In this document: one piece after another, positions 1 through 10,215 of the stretch | How the letters are laid out: each line of letters begins with the position of its first letter | Numbering within the stretch: the first letter of the stretch is position 1 | Origin: Azolla caroliniana | Taxonomy: Eukaryota > Plantae > Polypodiophyta | Direction: 5' to 3' | Length of the DNA stretch: 64,000 bases | Assembly (NCBI GenBank): GCA_043228905.1 | Contig: JBHGNT010000010.1 | Location: 14,198,001 to 14,262,000, forward strand | Notes under the pieces: generated by a model | The model's database searches: none | Told to the model about the DNA's origin: nothing | What the model saw: the letters and a program-made list of their open reading frames with translations, nothing else | Translations under genes and position numbers: made by a program

Positions 1-235
1 CCTAAGTACGAGGTTGTTGTCATGCTCGACTCCAAGAATGTTCGCAACAAGCTCTATTATTTGGTCGATTGGTAGGATATAGTCCAAGCGAGCGTACTTG
101 GGAACTAGTGACGAATTTGGCGAATGCTCGAGCTCTTCTTGAAGATTTCCATTGTCAATATCCGGACAAACCAGGTCCTCAATCAAAGACGACTCGTAAC
201 ACTCATCGTTTAAATGGGGAGGGGGGGGGGGATAG
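1..235 (+). pseudogene. pol: 3' end of a Gypsy chromovirus pol (chromodomain, Tcn1-like) followed by the PPT
   Basis: Translates as PKYEVVVMLDSKNVRNKLYYLVDW*, then after a frameshift GYSPSERTWELVTNLANARALLEDFHCQYPDKPGP, a canonical chromodomain. A G-run PPT at 212-235 abuts TGTCA. Confidence 0.85.
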
Positions 236-547
236 TGTCATGATATGACATGTTGTGGCTCCAAAAAAATTTGAACCCATGATCTTGTGGTACGTCTGTT
301 GAACCCTTACCATTAAACCATGCATTATAATACAAAAAATATTATTTTCATTTATTATTTCACCATAGGAAATTCATGTATATTCTAGATTACTCTAGAC
401 CATTCCAGAAACTTCAGGAGTACTCCTGAGAGTACTATAAATAGAGGCACATGGCATTATTCAGAACCAATTCGGTTCAACGCCAGTCTTAAGCCTCCTA
501 ACCACTCTTGTATCTTCTCTTTATGTAATATACCACTTGTTATCATC

Positions 548-578
<31 letters not shown>

Positions 579-684
579 CTTCTCTCGTGAGTCTCCACAC
601 ACTTTTCCCCTTCTTAGTACTAATCCTCATTCTTCCACTCTATATTTCGTACTAATTCTCCCTGTCTCTAGACTATCTCTGACA
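236..684 (+). repeat. 3' LTR of the chromodomain Gypsy
   Basis: TGTCA...TGACA termini directly after the PPT, TATAAATAG at about 436 and a (CT)n tract at 551-588. It ends exactly where Copia integrase sequence begins. Confidence 0.8.
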
Positions 685-843
685 TTAGGCAGCAAATGTG
701 CTGACCGCTTTCTTTTTCAACTTGGCTCTTGAGCTTTTGGAAGTGGAAGAGCACTTCACACTTTTTCTTCATCGGGAAGATCCAAGTGTAGCGTAGTATC
801 GGCATCCGCCAATCGTCGGCGTTTGAACCGGCCCCATACATCT

Positions 844-1262
844 TGTTACCGGCCGGCAAGGAGTCCAAAATACGGAGTGAAGGAATTAATTAGATATGGT
901 TGTAAATGAGCATAGTGTGGACGGACGGACTAGAAACGGTATGCCGTTCCAGATCCGGACGGATCCCGAATAGGTGCGAGAGGCACCGTTTTGTACTACG
1001 GGCCGGAAACCTATTTAAAGGCCCGGACCCCATTGTAATGACAGCGGATAATTAATAGAGCTTATGATGTTTATACTTCTGTCTTGATTTCCGTTCTGTA
1101 ATTACTGTTATATCTTACGCGTGTAATTAACCAAAGCATTCTAATCGTGTAACCTATGTAAGTCGGTGTAATCGTTGAATCTTAATCCATAGCCGTAATC
1201 ACCCTTTGGTGAAGTGTCTCCGTGACACCTTGTGTTAGGCCTTGTCCGGCTAGAGAATAACA
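844..1262 (+). repeat. 5' LTR of the Athila-like element
   Basis: Direct repeat of 10268-10686, with TATA-like CTATTTAAA at about 1010. Confidence 0.95.
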
Positions 1263-1268
1263 CAGTTT

Positions 1269-1278
1269 TGGCGACCAC
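1269..1278 (+). promoter_or_regulatory. Primer binding site TGGCGACCAC (tRNA-Arg-like)
   Basis: Lies 6 nt after the 5' LTR and resembles the complement of a plant tRNA-Arg 3' end. The match is only about 10 nt. Confidence 0.6.
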
Positions 1279-1313
1279 GATTCCTGCTTTCTCGCAGCGA
1301 ACGACGGTAATGG

Positions 1314-4300
1314 ATGACTAGACCAACGCACGACTTGGTTATAGACCGAGCTCGACGCCTCGCCGAACGGCAAAGACGGCGTGAGACTTTCCAGCAAGCA
1401 GCGCAAGAAATTCGCTCGGATCGTTCGTTCTCCAACGAGATCCGGAGAGTCGCGGAGGAATCTATCCGGTTACGGCAAACTCGCGACCAGGACGACGGAA
1501 GCAGTCTAAGTAGTCTCCGGGAAACCGAACGCCTCCTGGAGGCACTGGCAAGCGGAGAAAACGAGGCAGAAGCCTTTTCAGCCTACGAATCGGATTCCGA
1601 AGGGGGATACAGCGTGCACACGAACTACCGGAGCAGCAACGATACCCCCGGTGGCCCGGAGGACGACGGGTCGAATACCGTGCCGACTCCAGAACCGGAA
1701 CCGCTCAACCAGGGCTATCCGGAACCGCAAACGGAAGCCGTCAACCCACCAACACCAACGAAAGAGCCGGCAAAGGTACCGGAAGAAGAGCCGGTGAAGG
1801 AACCGGAAAAAGAACCGGAAAAAGAACCGGAAAAAGCACCGGCAAAAGAACCGGAAGTGGAACCGGAGAAAGAACCGGAAAGATATCAACAAACGCCACT
1901 AAACCGCGGCCTAATACTGGACGACGACATGCCGTTCCAATACTCAAAGTATCGCGATGACCCGGACGCGGAAGCGCATGTTCATGACTTCGAGCAGACA
2001 TGGGAAGCAAATCACACGTCCCAGCGAATGACACCGGAGGAAGAAGAACGCTCGAAGATAGCGGAATTCGGAGTCACGTTGGAGGGACCGGCGACACGAT
2101 GGCGGCGGACGCAGGACCCGGCGACCATCACAACCTTTGCAGAATTAAAAGCAAAATTCTTGCATTTTTTCCACAAGGAGGTCGACCAGACGACAATGGT
2201 GGGCCTGTTTTATACGATCCGGCAGGAGGCAGGGGAAAGCATTCCCCAATTCGTCATCCGTTTCCAACGAATGCATAGCCAGCTTGCCCGTGCACCCCCG
2301 GAGGAGGAATTACGGACGATATTTTTAAACGCACTCCGGGAACCGTTACGCACGGTGTGTACGGTAATCGACTTTCGAGGATGCACCATCGACCAGGTCA
2401 TTGACCGGGTCAGAGAAATGGAAAAGACAAGCTCATGGCTTACGCTGGGAACACTGCAACGGGCGTTACCCAACGAGGAAGATCTCCGGTTCCGGCAGGC
2501 AATTCAATGCACAATCTGCTTGAATGCCGGACACTCGGCAATAGAGTGCACCATGCGCACTCAGTGTGTGATTTGTCAATCCAAGAGTCATACAACGGAC
2601 CGGTGCGAGTACAACCTGTTAAATCGACAAGCACCACCCGTCCGACGGATCGAGCCAAGAAGCAGCCGAGACGAAGATGACGATCGTTGGCAAAGAATGA
2701 ACCGGTACCCACCGGCACAGGATGTCCGGTACGGGGACAGGCAAGAGAATGATGGCCGGTACGGGAATCGGCGTGATAACTACGACCGGTATGAGCGATC
2801 GGACCGTTATCGGGAGCCCAACAGACGACACGAGCAATATGACAGAGACCATTCCCCGGGTTACCGAAGGCACCAGGAGGACTACGGCCGATTTTACGAT
2901 CCACCAAGACCGGACTACCGAAATAAAAATAAGAATAATAAGAAACGTAATTTCAAGAAAGGTGGTCACACTAGGGACCCGGAACAGGGAACCCCAAGGA
3001 GCCAACCGGCACAGAACGCACCACTCACTACGGGACCGACTCCGGCTACCAGCAATGCTGAATCCAGCAATACCCGTAAAGAGTACTGCTACTACTGCAG
3101 GCAGGAAGGCCACTACAGTAACCAGTGCCCGGTAAAGAGCTACGAGAAACGACTAGCAGTTAATATGGTGGTTCCGGAAGTGGCGGATTTACAGCAAGTA
3201 ACCACACGGTCGAAAGGCATGGCCAAAGAATGGGAAACACAAGAGGCCATACGAAAACAGGCGACGGAATGGGTGAAGGAAGCCAATGAAAGGAACGTCG
3301 CGGACGCGGAACGGCAAAAGGCGAATACCATAGGGAGTGCCGGCGGTAGCCACCCAGAAAACGAGACATGGCAAGCACTGCAAGAATGTCAGATCACGTT
3401 ACCATTAGGAAGACTCTTGCAGCTCGTGCCGCGATTCACAGAAGGACTAAAAACGGTCATGACAGACGGTATAGCCCCACCGGCACCAGTCCTCTTCTCG
3501 AATCCGGAGGAGGGACCGATGGTGGTGGACACTAGTAGTCCGGCGATTACAGCTATTGTCAAAGGGCACGAACTTCCCGGCACCGTAATCGATGGAGGTT
3601 CCGGGGTGAACGTAATAAGCCTCCGTACGTGTGATGCCTTGGGAATACATGAATGGGAGCCATGCCCGTTCTGGCTACGGATGGCGGATACGAGCTCGGT
3701 ACGGCCGACGGGCTTAATACGGAAATTGGAAGTCACCATAGGAGGTCACACATTTCACATCTCGGCTGTAGTGCTGCAGCTACAGGCGCAAGGCGCGTAC
3801 CCTCTGTTGCTGGGCAGACCATGGTTGAAAACAGCACACATCAAGCAAAATTGGCGAAAAAATATGATTACCTTCCGGCGCGGAAAAGCCAAGGTCCGGG
3901 TACCGACACAACCACGGACGAGCAACGGTAAGGAATGCACACCGCTGTATGCGGAATGTGTGAACATGCTTGAAGGATTGGCAGACGACGAAGAAGCCCA
4001 GTACTTGGAGGAACACCCGAAGATCGTACCACTCTTCGAGATTGACGTAGCTGAAGCCGTAGCCGCATACTTGCCGCAGCGGGACAACACCGAAGCCGAA
4101 CCAGACAAAGATGCGATTCGGGAATTACGGCAAGCACAGGAAGCGTTGGAACGGGAAATGGCCGTTTCCCAACGGGTAAAAGCATCCCAGCTCGACGAAG
4201 TGAACCTAGGAAGCAAGGACGAATCAAAGCCGGTACACATCGCCAAAGAAATGAAGCCGGAAGATAAAGCGGCGATGATCAAACTTCTCACGGAGTTTCG

Positions 4301-5591
4301 CGACGTATTCGCCTGGTCATACGAAGACATGCGAGGGCTGGACCCTCAATTATATCAGCATCAGATCCACTTAGGCAAGGATGCGAAACCAGTGGCGCAA
4401 AGACGATACCGAATGAACCCCAACTACGCCGCCAAAGTGAAGGAGGAAATCGACAAACTCCTAAGAGTGGGCTTCATCCGGCCGGTAAAGAAAGCGACGT
4501 GGCTGAGCCCCATCGTCGTCGTCCCAAAGAAGAACGGTAAAATCCGTGTGTGTGTAGATTACAGGAAACTAAATGCCGCCACAATTACGGATGCATTCCC
4601 TCTTCCGTTCACGGATGGAGTACTGGATGCCGTCGCCGGCCATGACGTTTATAGCTTTTTAGACGGCTTCAGCGGATACAATCAAATCCGGATGCACCCC
4701 GACGACCAGGAGAAGACAGCGTTCGTCACCGAATGGGGGGTGTTTGTGGCCGAAGTCATGATGTTCGGCCTAAAAACGGCACCAGCAACTTTCCAGCGAA
4801 TCATCATGGAGATCTTCGGCGAATACATTCCTGCCTTCATGCAAGTTTTCCTGGATGATTTTGCAGTCTATAGCCGGGGAAAAGACCATTTGCAGCACCT
4901 ACGGTTATGCCTTGAAAAGTGTAGGTTATACCGGCTAAGCTTAAACCCAGCAAAATGCATCTTTGGAGTTTCAAGTGGAATATTGCTGGGACACATTGTA
5001 AGTAAGGAGGGCATTGCGGTCGACCCGGACAAAGTAAACGCCATACTAGGGGCACCGGCGCCGAAAACGGCCAAAGCACTAAGCCGATTCTTAGGACAGA
5101 TCCGGTGGCACAGCCGGATGCTCCGTCACTTGGCTGACTTGGCTACACCATTACACACCGCGGTACATCGGACACCGTTCCAATGGACGGATACGGAGGA
5201 TAAGGCATACAATGCCCTGAAGGTACTTTTATCGCAAGCACCCGTCGTGCAGCCTCCGGATTGGAGCAAGGAATTTCATGTGTTCGTGGACGCTTCCGGC
5301 ATCGCTATTGGCAGCGCCTTAATGCAACTTACGGAGCCTAAATGGTACCGGCCGGTATATTACGCCAGCCGGAAGCTGTCCCAAGCGGAGAAGAACTATT
5401 CAACGACGGAACGGGAGGCCCTGGGCATGATCTATAGTGTAACAAAGTTTCGTCATTACCTATTGGGAAGGAAGTTCTCCTTCCATGTGGATCACTCGGC
5501 GCTCCTCTACTTAGTTTCCAAGGCGTCCTTGACCGGTAAGTTGGCCCGTTGGACCTTGCTGTTGCAGGAGTTCGAATTCGAGACTACCTGA
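1314..5591 (+). CDS. gag-pol: Gag-protease-RT-RNase H polyprotein (1425 aa)
   Basis: Three CCHC knuckles, protease IDGGSGVNVI, RT SPIVVVPKKNG..CVDYRKLN..FLDD, and RNase H DASG..YYASRKL..EREAL. Confidence 0.95.
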   Translation: MTRPTHDLVIDRARRLAERQRRRETFQQAAQEIRSDRSFSNEIRRVAEESIRLRQTRDQDDGSSLSSLRETERLLEALASGENEAEAFSAYESDSEGGYSVHTNYRSSNDTPGGPEDDGSNTVPTPEPEPLNQGYPEPQTEAVNPPTPTKEPAKVPEEEPVKEPEKEPEKEPEKAPAKEPEVEPEKEPERYQQTPLNRGLILDDDMPFQYSKYRDDPDAEAHVHDFEQTWEANHTSQRMTPEEEERSKIAEFGVTLEGPATRWRRTQDPATITTFAELKAKFLHFFHKEVDQTTMVGLFYTIRQEAGESIPQFVIRFQRMHSQLARAPPEEELRTIFLNALREPLRTVCTVIDFRGCTIDQVIDRVREMEKTSSWLTLGTLQRALPNEEDLRFRQAIQCTICLNAGHSAIECTMRTQCVICQSKSHTTDRCEYNLLNRQAPPVRRIEPRSSRDEDDDRWQRMNRYPPAQDVRYGDRQENDGRYGNRRDNYDRYERSDRYREPNRRHEQYDRDHSPGYRRHQEDYGRFYDPPRPDYRNKNKNNKKRNFKKGGHTRDPEQGTPRSQPAQNAPLTTGPTPATSNAESSNTRKEYCYYCRQEGHYSNQCPVKSYEKRLAVNMVVPEVADLQQVTTRSKGMAKEWETQEAIRKQATEWVKEANERNVADAERQKANTIGSAGGSHPENETWQALQECQITLPLGRLLQLVPRFTEGLKTVMTDGIAPPAPVLFSNPEEGPMVVDTSSPAITAIVKGHELPGTVIDGGSGVNVISLRTCDALGIHEWEPCPFWLRMADTSSVRPTGLIRKLEVTIGGHTFHISAVVLQLQAQGAYPLLLGRPWLKTAHIKQNWRKNMITFRRGKAKVRVPTQPRTSNGKECTPLYAECVNMLEGLADDEEAQYLEEHPKIVPLFEIDVAEAVAAYLPQRDNTEAEPDKDAIRELRQAQEALEREMAVSQRVKASQLDEVNLGSKDESKPVHIAKEMKPEDKAAMIKLLTEFRDVFAWSYEDMRGLDPQLYQHQIHLGKDAKPVAQRRYRMNPNYAAKVKEEIDKLLRVGFIRPVKKATWLSPIVVVPKKNGKIRVCVDYRKLNAATITDAFPLPFTDGVLDAVAGHDVYSFLDGFSGYNQIRMHPDDQEKTAFVTEWGVFVAEVMMFGLKTAPATFQRIIMEIFGEYIPAFMQVFLDDFAVYSRGKDHLQHLRLCLEKCRLYRLSLNPAKCIFGVSSGILLGHIVSKEGIAVDPDKVNAILGAPAPKTAKALSRFLGQIRWHSRMLRHLADLATPLHTAVHRTPFQWTDTEDKAYNALKVLLSQAPVVQPPDWSKEFHVFVDASGIAIGSALMQLTEPKWYRPVYYASRKLSQAEKNYSTTEREALGMIYSVTKFRHYLLGRKFSFHVDHSALLYLVSKASLTGKLARWTLLLQEFEFETT
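1788..1882 (+). repeat. 12-bp coding tandem repeat (GAACCGGAAAAA, EPEK) in the gag N-terminus
   Basis: The protein reads EPVKEPEKEPEKEPEKAPAKEPEVEPEKEPE. Confidence 0.85.
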
Positions 5592-7135
5592 GCCGGTTAG
5601 AGTCCGGAGAACCAGGCGACGGAGTAGCGGATGAATTCCCGGACGCGGAGTTATTCCGTATCACCCCGGAAACGGCAGCAGACGACACGGTGGCATCAGA
5701 AGATAAATGGCTGACAAACATGCACCAGTTCCTAAGCACGGGCCTGCCACCGGAGGAAATGAACCGGGACGAGAGGAAACGACTGGCGGTGCAGAGCCGC
5801 AATTTCTGTCTGTTACGGGACACTCTCTACCACAAAGGAGCAGATGGAATATGGAGACGGGCAGTCCGTAGTGACGAGAAAGAAGTAATCTTACGGGAAG
5901 CACACTGTGGGGTTGCCGGAGGACACTATGCCGGGGAAGCGACGGCAAGGAAAGTATGGCAGAGCGGCTTATGGTGGCCCACAACGTTAAAAGACGCCGT
6001 CAAGTATGCTAAGGAATGTGACCTATGCCAACGAATGGGCCAGCCTACGGAGCAAGCACGGATGCCACACCAACCGGTACTTCCACTAGAGCCATTCCAG
6101 AAGTGGGGGTTGGATTTTGTCGGACCGTTCAAGCCACCGGCAATGAGAACAGGTAATCGTTATGTCATCGTGGCAACGGATTATTGCACTAAATGGGTGG
6201 AGGCTAAGGCCTTGAGAGACAATACCGCGTCATCCACAGCAAAATTCTTGTACGAAAACATTTGGTGCCGATATGGATGTCCGATTGAATTAATCAGCGA
6301 CCAAGGAGGGCACTTCCTCGGCCAGGTAGTGGAAAGCTTAACAACGTTCTATGCCGTGGTTCATAAACGGAGCACACCGTACTACCCACAAGCGAACGGG
6401 TTAGCAGAGTCCACCAACAAAACGCTGCAGAACATTCTCCGCAAAATTGTCAATGAAAACCGGACGGACTGGGACACAAAGCTCCATAGCGCGCTATGGG
6501 CGTACAGAACGGCATACAAAACAAGTATCCGGACAACGCCGTTCCGGTTAGCATTCGGCTTAGAAGCGGTCATGCCGGTGGAATTTCAGGTACCAAGCTT
6601 ACGGATCCAACTACGGGAACGGCTGAATGAAAAGAAGTCGGAGGAAATGCGGCTAGCAGCACTATGCGAACTGGAGGAGCAACGGCTGGCCAGCATCCTA
6701 CACATGGAACTGGAGCAACGACGACGGAAAGCGTTCGTTGACCGTCACCGGAAAGGTAATGAGAAGATGTTCGAAATCGGAAAGCCGGTGCTAGTATTCC
6801 AAACGAGGATGGGCAAGATGCCGGGTAAACTCCGGTTCAGATGGACAGGCCCGTATTGGCTGACACGGGAATACAACGGGTCCTATCAGATAGGGACACT
6901 TGCCGGTGAAGTACTAGGCAAGTGGGTGAACGGATTTCGACTAAAGCCCTATAAAGGACCGATGCCAAAGAACCCGTTTATGCAGCAAACCGGCACTATA
7001 CCGGGAACCTGCCCGGGATCGGTACGGATCGATCCGGAAGAAAAAGACGACGGGGAACCCGTAGCAGAGACGAAGGAAGACACGGCAACCCGTAAGGAAA
7101 ACGGTCAGGGTCCGAAGGGACCTACGGATGTGTAA
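5549..7135 (+). CDS. pol: Integrase, out of frame with upstream pol, probably through a small deletion near 5582
   Basis: HHCC motif (AH..GGH..CDLC), WGLDFVGP, ISDQG, YPQANGLAE and GPY module. The usual linker between QEFEFE and DYLSR is missing. Confidence 0.9.
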   Translation: MDLAVAGVRIRDYLSRLESGEPGDGVADEFPDAELFRITPETAADDTVASEDKWLTNMHQFLSTGLPPEEMNRDERKRLAVQSRNFCLLRDTLYHKGADGIWRRAVRSDEKEVILREAHCGVAGGHYAGEATARKVWQSGLWWPTTLKDAVKYAKECDLCQRMGQPTEQARMPHQPVLPLEPFQKWGLDFVGPFKPPAMRTGNRYVIVATDYCTKWVEAKALRDNTASSTAKFLYENIWCRYGCPIELISDQGGHFLGQVVESLTTFYAVVHKRSTPYYPQANGLAESTNKTLQNILRKIVNENRTDWDTKLHSALWAYRTAYKTSIRTTPFRLAFGLEAVMPVEFQVPSLRIQLRERLNEKKSEEMRLAALCELEEQRLASILHMELEQRRRKAFVDRHRKGNEKMFEIGKPVLVFQTRMGKMPGKLRFRWTGPYWLTREYNGSYQIGTLAGEVLGKWVNGFRLKPYKGPMPKNPFMQQTGTIPGTCPGSVRIDPEEKDDGEPVAETKEDTATRKENGQGPKGPTDV

Positions 7136-7153
7136 GGTCACACACCGTCATTA

Positions 7154-7192
<39 letters not shown>

Positions 7193-7515
7193 TAAAAATC
7201 GAGGTATGAACGAGTGTGAAAGCAAGGAGCGAAAAGGTACGTAGTGGGCATTTAAGAGACGCCACGCTACTTAATACTAAATTGGTACACGACGTGTGCA
7301 TGCTCGAAAAAGGCGCCAAAACGCACAAAGAAGAAGCAGAACGCATGGAGACCTTTTCATTTCGCGAGCCAAGAAGCACAGAAGCACCAAGACAGTGGAA
7401 GCTGAGCAAACGCGAACCTGCACGCAGAGAACCCCCACGTTCAGAACGCTCTCTCTCTCGTCCTCACTCTCATCACCACTCTACCTCGCCATCTTTCCTC
7501 GACCTCGAAGCAGAC

Positions 7516-10215
7516 ATGGAACCACAAACGCTGTCGGAAGCGGCCAGGAAATGGTTCAGGCAACACGGACTGGAGGGCTTCTTGGCCATCATGGAAGCAC
7601 CACCGCACAGAGAAGCCGACCAGGTCATCAAGGAGCTCGACAAGGAAGTCATCACCGAGGAAGCGATCCGTGCGCTAACAGGCCTTCCGGAGGGAGGAAT
7701 TTTTCAGATTGATAATCCAACCTCGGAGCAACTCACCCGATATTTCGGTGAGTACTCTGTTGCCGGCAAAGGCTATCGAACGCAGGGCGGCGAAGATCCG
7801 CTGTTCAGGGAGATAGCTCGAGTGCTCCATGAGTACGGCCACGTGTACCCCCGACCCCCTATCATGCCAAAAACTCGGGCAGGGATGATCATAGCCACCT
7901 ATGAAGGGACCAAGGTGGATTGGCCGGTGTTGATTGCAGACGGTTTGTGCGTGGCAATCGACATGGTACGAGGAAAGGACGGCAAGGAGGGCCGGAATCT
8001 GTGGCATGCCGTCGCTCAGTGGATAACATTGCTCGTGCCGCCGGTCGAGACCGTTCAGCCAAAGAAGCGGCCAAGAGTATCGGAAGGAAGCACCTCGAAG
8101 CCGGCGTCCAAACGACAGCAGCTGCTGGCGTCGAAGGCGACGAAAGGGAAGAAATGGGTCCCAGAACCGGAGGAGGTGTCACCGGTCCGACCCGTCAAGA
8201 TAACCATACGGAGACCGGGACAGAAGGAACCGGAACCCTTGACGGCACAGAAACATGCCGTGACACAGGAAGAGGAAACGGAGGAGCCAGAAGAGCACCT
8301 CCAACGACGGTCAAGAAGTAGGACCGCCGAGACAGGAGGGGAGCGGTCGTACCCGCGAGAGGCAGAAACGCCCCCAACTCGACCTGAGCAAACCACAAGG
8401 GAGGAACCGGAACCGGTGCGTAGGGAACCGGTCTTGTCGACTTCTGTAGAAGAAGTCAGTCCAACGGCTCCGGAGACGGCGAGAACCGGAACTCAACAGC
8501 CGGCGAGCCCAGCCAGCACACACGGCGGCCAAGGAGTAGAACCAGAACGGCATATGCAGGCACTCAGGCCAGACAATTCCACAGGGAATGAGCCGACCCG
8601 ACCAGTACAGCAACAAGGCACCAGTAGCATGTGGCTACGGTGGGTAGGCGAGCAAATCGCCGGAGCGGTCGAGTATATAGAGGCGGAAGAGAGAGCGCAC
8701 CAGGAACGGTTGCTCGTCACAACCGTAGATCTAGAGACGGCCCGGTCCAGAATCCGGAGCCTTGAACAAGACTTGGACAGGGTCACAAGGGAAATGGCTC
8801 AAATCGCTTTGACAACACAAGTCCAAGCACCGGTGACTCCGGGCAATGTACAGAATAAAGCGGCAGATCAACCTGTACATAGCAATCAGACCCCGGCAAC
8901 GGAAACCGTTCCGGAGAGAAATGCGGCACAAGCCCAAGAGCTTGCGGATTTAAAGGATGAGCTAGCTGCCCAAGAAGCGCTGAGGAGCCGCGAAAGAGAA
9001 TTGAAGACGGCAGCGGAGGCAGAACTCAAAAAGACTGCTGAGAATCTACGCCGGGCCGAGGAGAGCTTACGGAAAGGCCACCAAGCGTACGACCGGCTCA
9101 AGGAGGAGAAGGAGAAAATGCTGCAAGAGAAGGAGAGGCTCCGGAGGAACGCCGAAACAGAAGTAGAGCGCCTGAAAGAGGAACTCCGGCAGGTAAAGGA
9201 CCGGGAGGACCGGAACCATCGCCAGATCAACGGCAAGCTCAAACAAAAAACGGACGAATTTCAGCAATTGCACCGGGAGTATAAACGGTTGCAAACGGAG
9301 CACAAGGAACGGACGGATGAGCTCCGGCAAGCAGTTGATCGGACCGCAACCGCATTCGCCAAGGAACAAGCGGAAAACAGAAGACGGTTGGAAGAGGCGG
9401 AGAAGGTTCGGACAGAGCTCCTCAGGCAACAGCAGGCGGAAAAAGAAAGAGCGGCGGAGGTACTGCAGAGGCTGCAAACGACATATCAAGGGCAGCTGAC
9501 GCGCTACAGAGAGCAAGCGGAGGATACGGCAAATCTCATCAAGCAGTTGAAGGAGGAGCGACAAGTGGTGGAAAGCAGAGCACAAATGGGAGCAAGTCGC
9601 ATCCAGGATATCATGCGGGCCTGGTTGAACCAGACTAAGAGCTTGATTGACAACGGTTCCGTCAAATGGTGGACCAAGTGGGCCACGAACGCGGCGGAAC
9701 TCCAATTGCTCCGGGCCGACGTAGAGAACCGGCGGAAGGAGGGAGATGATTGCTATATGCTGAATTCTGAAGATTTCACCGGCATAAGAGATGAGCTGGC
9801 CGAAGACTTTCAAGCCTTGGCAGAGGACCAACTAGAGCAAGTCCGGCAACTTGTAGCTCAGCTGGACGACGACAGGTTGGAGGCGCAGATCCAGTTTGAA
9901 AGCTACGAGAGGTCCCGGATCCGGGGAGAGAAAGAACGAGAACCAGTTACGGTCAACCTCAGTGATGAGGAACCCTTACTGGAAGGAGACCGGACCGGAA
10001 GCAGTCAAACGGAGATGCCGGAGCCAGAGAGACAAACGGAGCAGCCGGAGTCAGCGAAACAAACGGAGCAGCAGCAGCAAGCAGAGCAGCCGGAGCAGCC
10101 TCAGTCCCAACCGCAACCACAGCAGAAGCAGCAAGCACAGCCGCAACAACCACAACCGGAAGAACAAGTGGAAATTCTTGAACAAAGTAATTTGGACAAT
10201 TTGGGTGAACAATGA
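7516..10215 (+). CDS. Extra sense ORF in the env position (899 aa from ATG 7516; frame open from 7216)
   Basis: Uninterrupted 2.7-3 kb ORF between pol and the 3' LTR. It has a globular N-terminus, a P/E/T-rich linker, a long coiled-coil-like region and a Q/P/E tail. Confidence 0.85.
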   Translation: MEPQTLSEAARKWFRQHGLEGFLAIMEAPPHREADQVIKELDKEVITEEAIRALTGLPEGGIFQIDNPTSEQLTRYFGEYSVAGKGYRTQGGEDPLFREIARVLHEYGHVYPRPPIMPKTRAGMIIATYEGTKVDWPVLIADGLCVAIDMVRGKDGKEGRNLWHAVAQWITLLVPPVETVQPKKRPRVSEGSTSKPASKRQQLLASKATKGKKWVPEPEEVSPVRPVKITIRRPGQKEPEPLTAQKHAVTQEEETEEPEEHLQRRSRSRTAETGGERSYPREAETPPTRPEQTTREEPEPVRREPVLSTSVEEVSPTAPETARTGTQQPASPASTHGGQGVEPERHMQALRPDNSTGNEPTRPVQQQGTSSMWLRWVGEQIAGAVEYIEAEERAHQERLLVTTVDLETARSRIRSLEQDLDRVTREMAQIALTTQVQAPVTPGNVQNKAADQPVHSNQTPATETVPERNAAQAQELADLKDELAAQEALRSRERELKTAAEAELKKTAENLRRAEESLRKGHQAYDRLKEEKEKMLQEKERLRRNAETEVERLKEELRQVKDREDRNHRQINGKLKQKTDEFQQLHREYKRLQTEHKERTDELRQAVDRTATAFAKEQAENRRRLEEAEKVRTELLRQQQAEKERAAEVLQRLQTTYQGQLTRYREQAEDTANLIKQLKEERQVVESRAQMGASRIQDIMRAWLNQTKSLIDNGSVKWWTKWATNAAELQLLRADVENRRKEGDDCYMLNSEDFTGIRDELAEDFQALAEDQLEQVRQLVAQLDDDRLEAQIQFESYERSRIRGEKEREPVTVNLSDEEPLLEGDRTGSSQTEMPEPERQTEQPESAKQTEQQQQAEQPEQPQSQPQPQQKQQAQPQQPQPEEQVEILEQSNLDNLGEQ

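Noticed and set aside
5570-5595. Programmed frameshift between RNase H and integrase
   Set aside because: There is no slippery heptamer, and a normally conserved ~12-aa linker before DYLSR is missing, so a deletion is the simpler explanation.
7216-10215. True retroviral envelope gene or captured host SMC/myosin gene
   Set aside because: No signal peptide, clear TM anchor, or ATPase/motor motifs are visible, and a coiled coil alone is not diagnostic.
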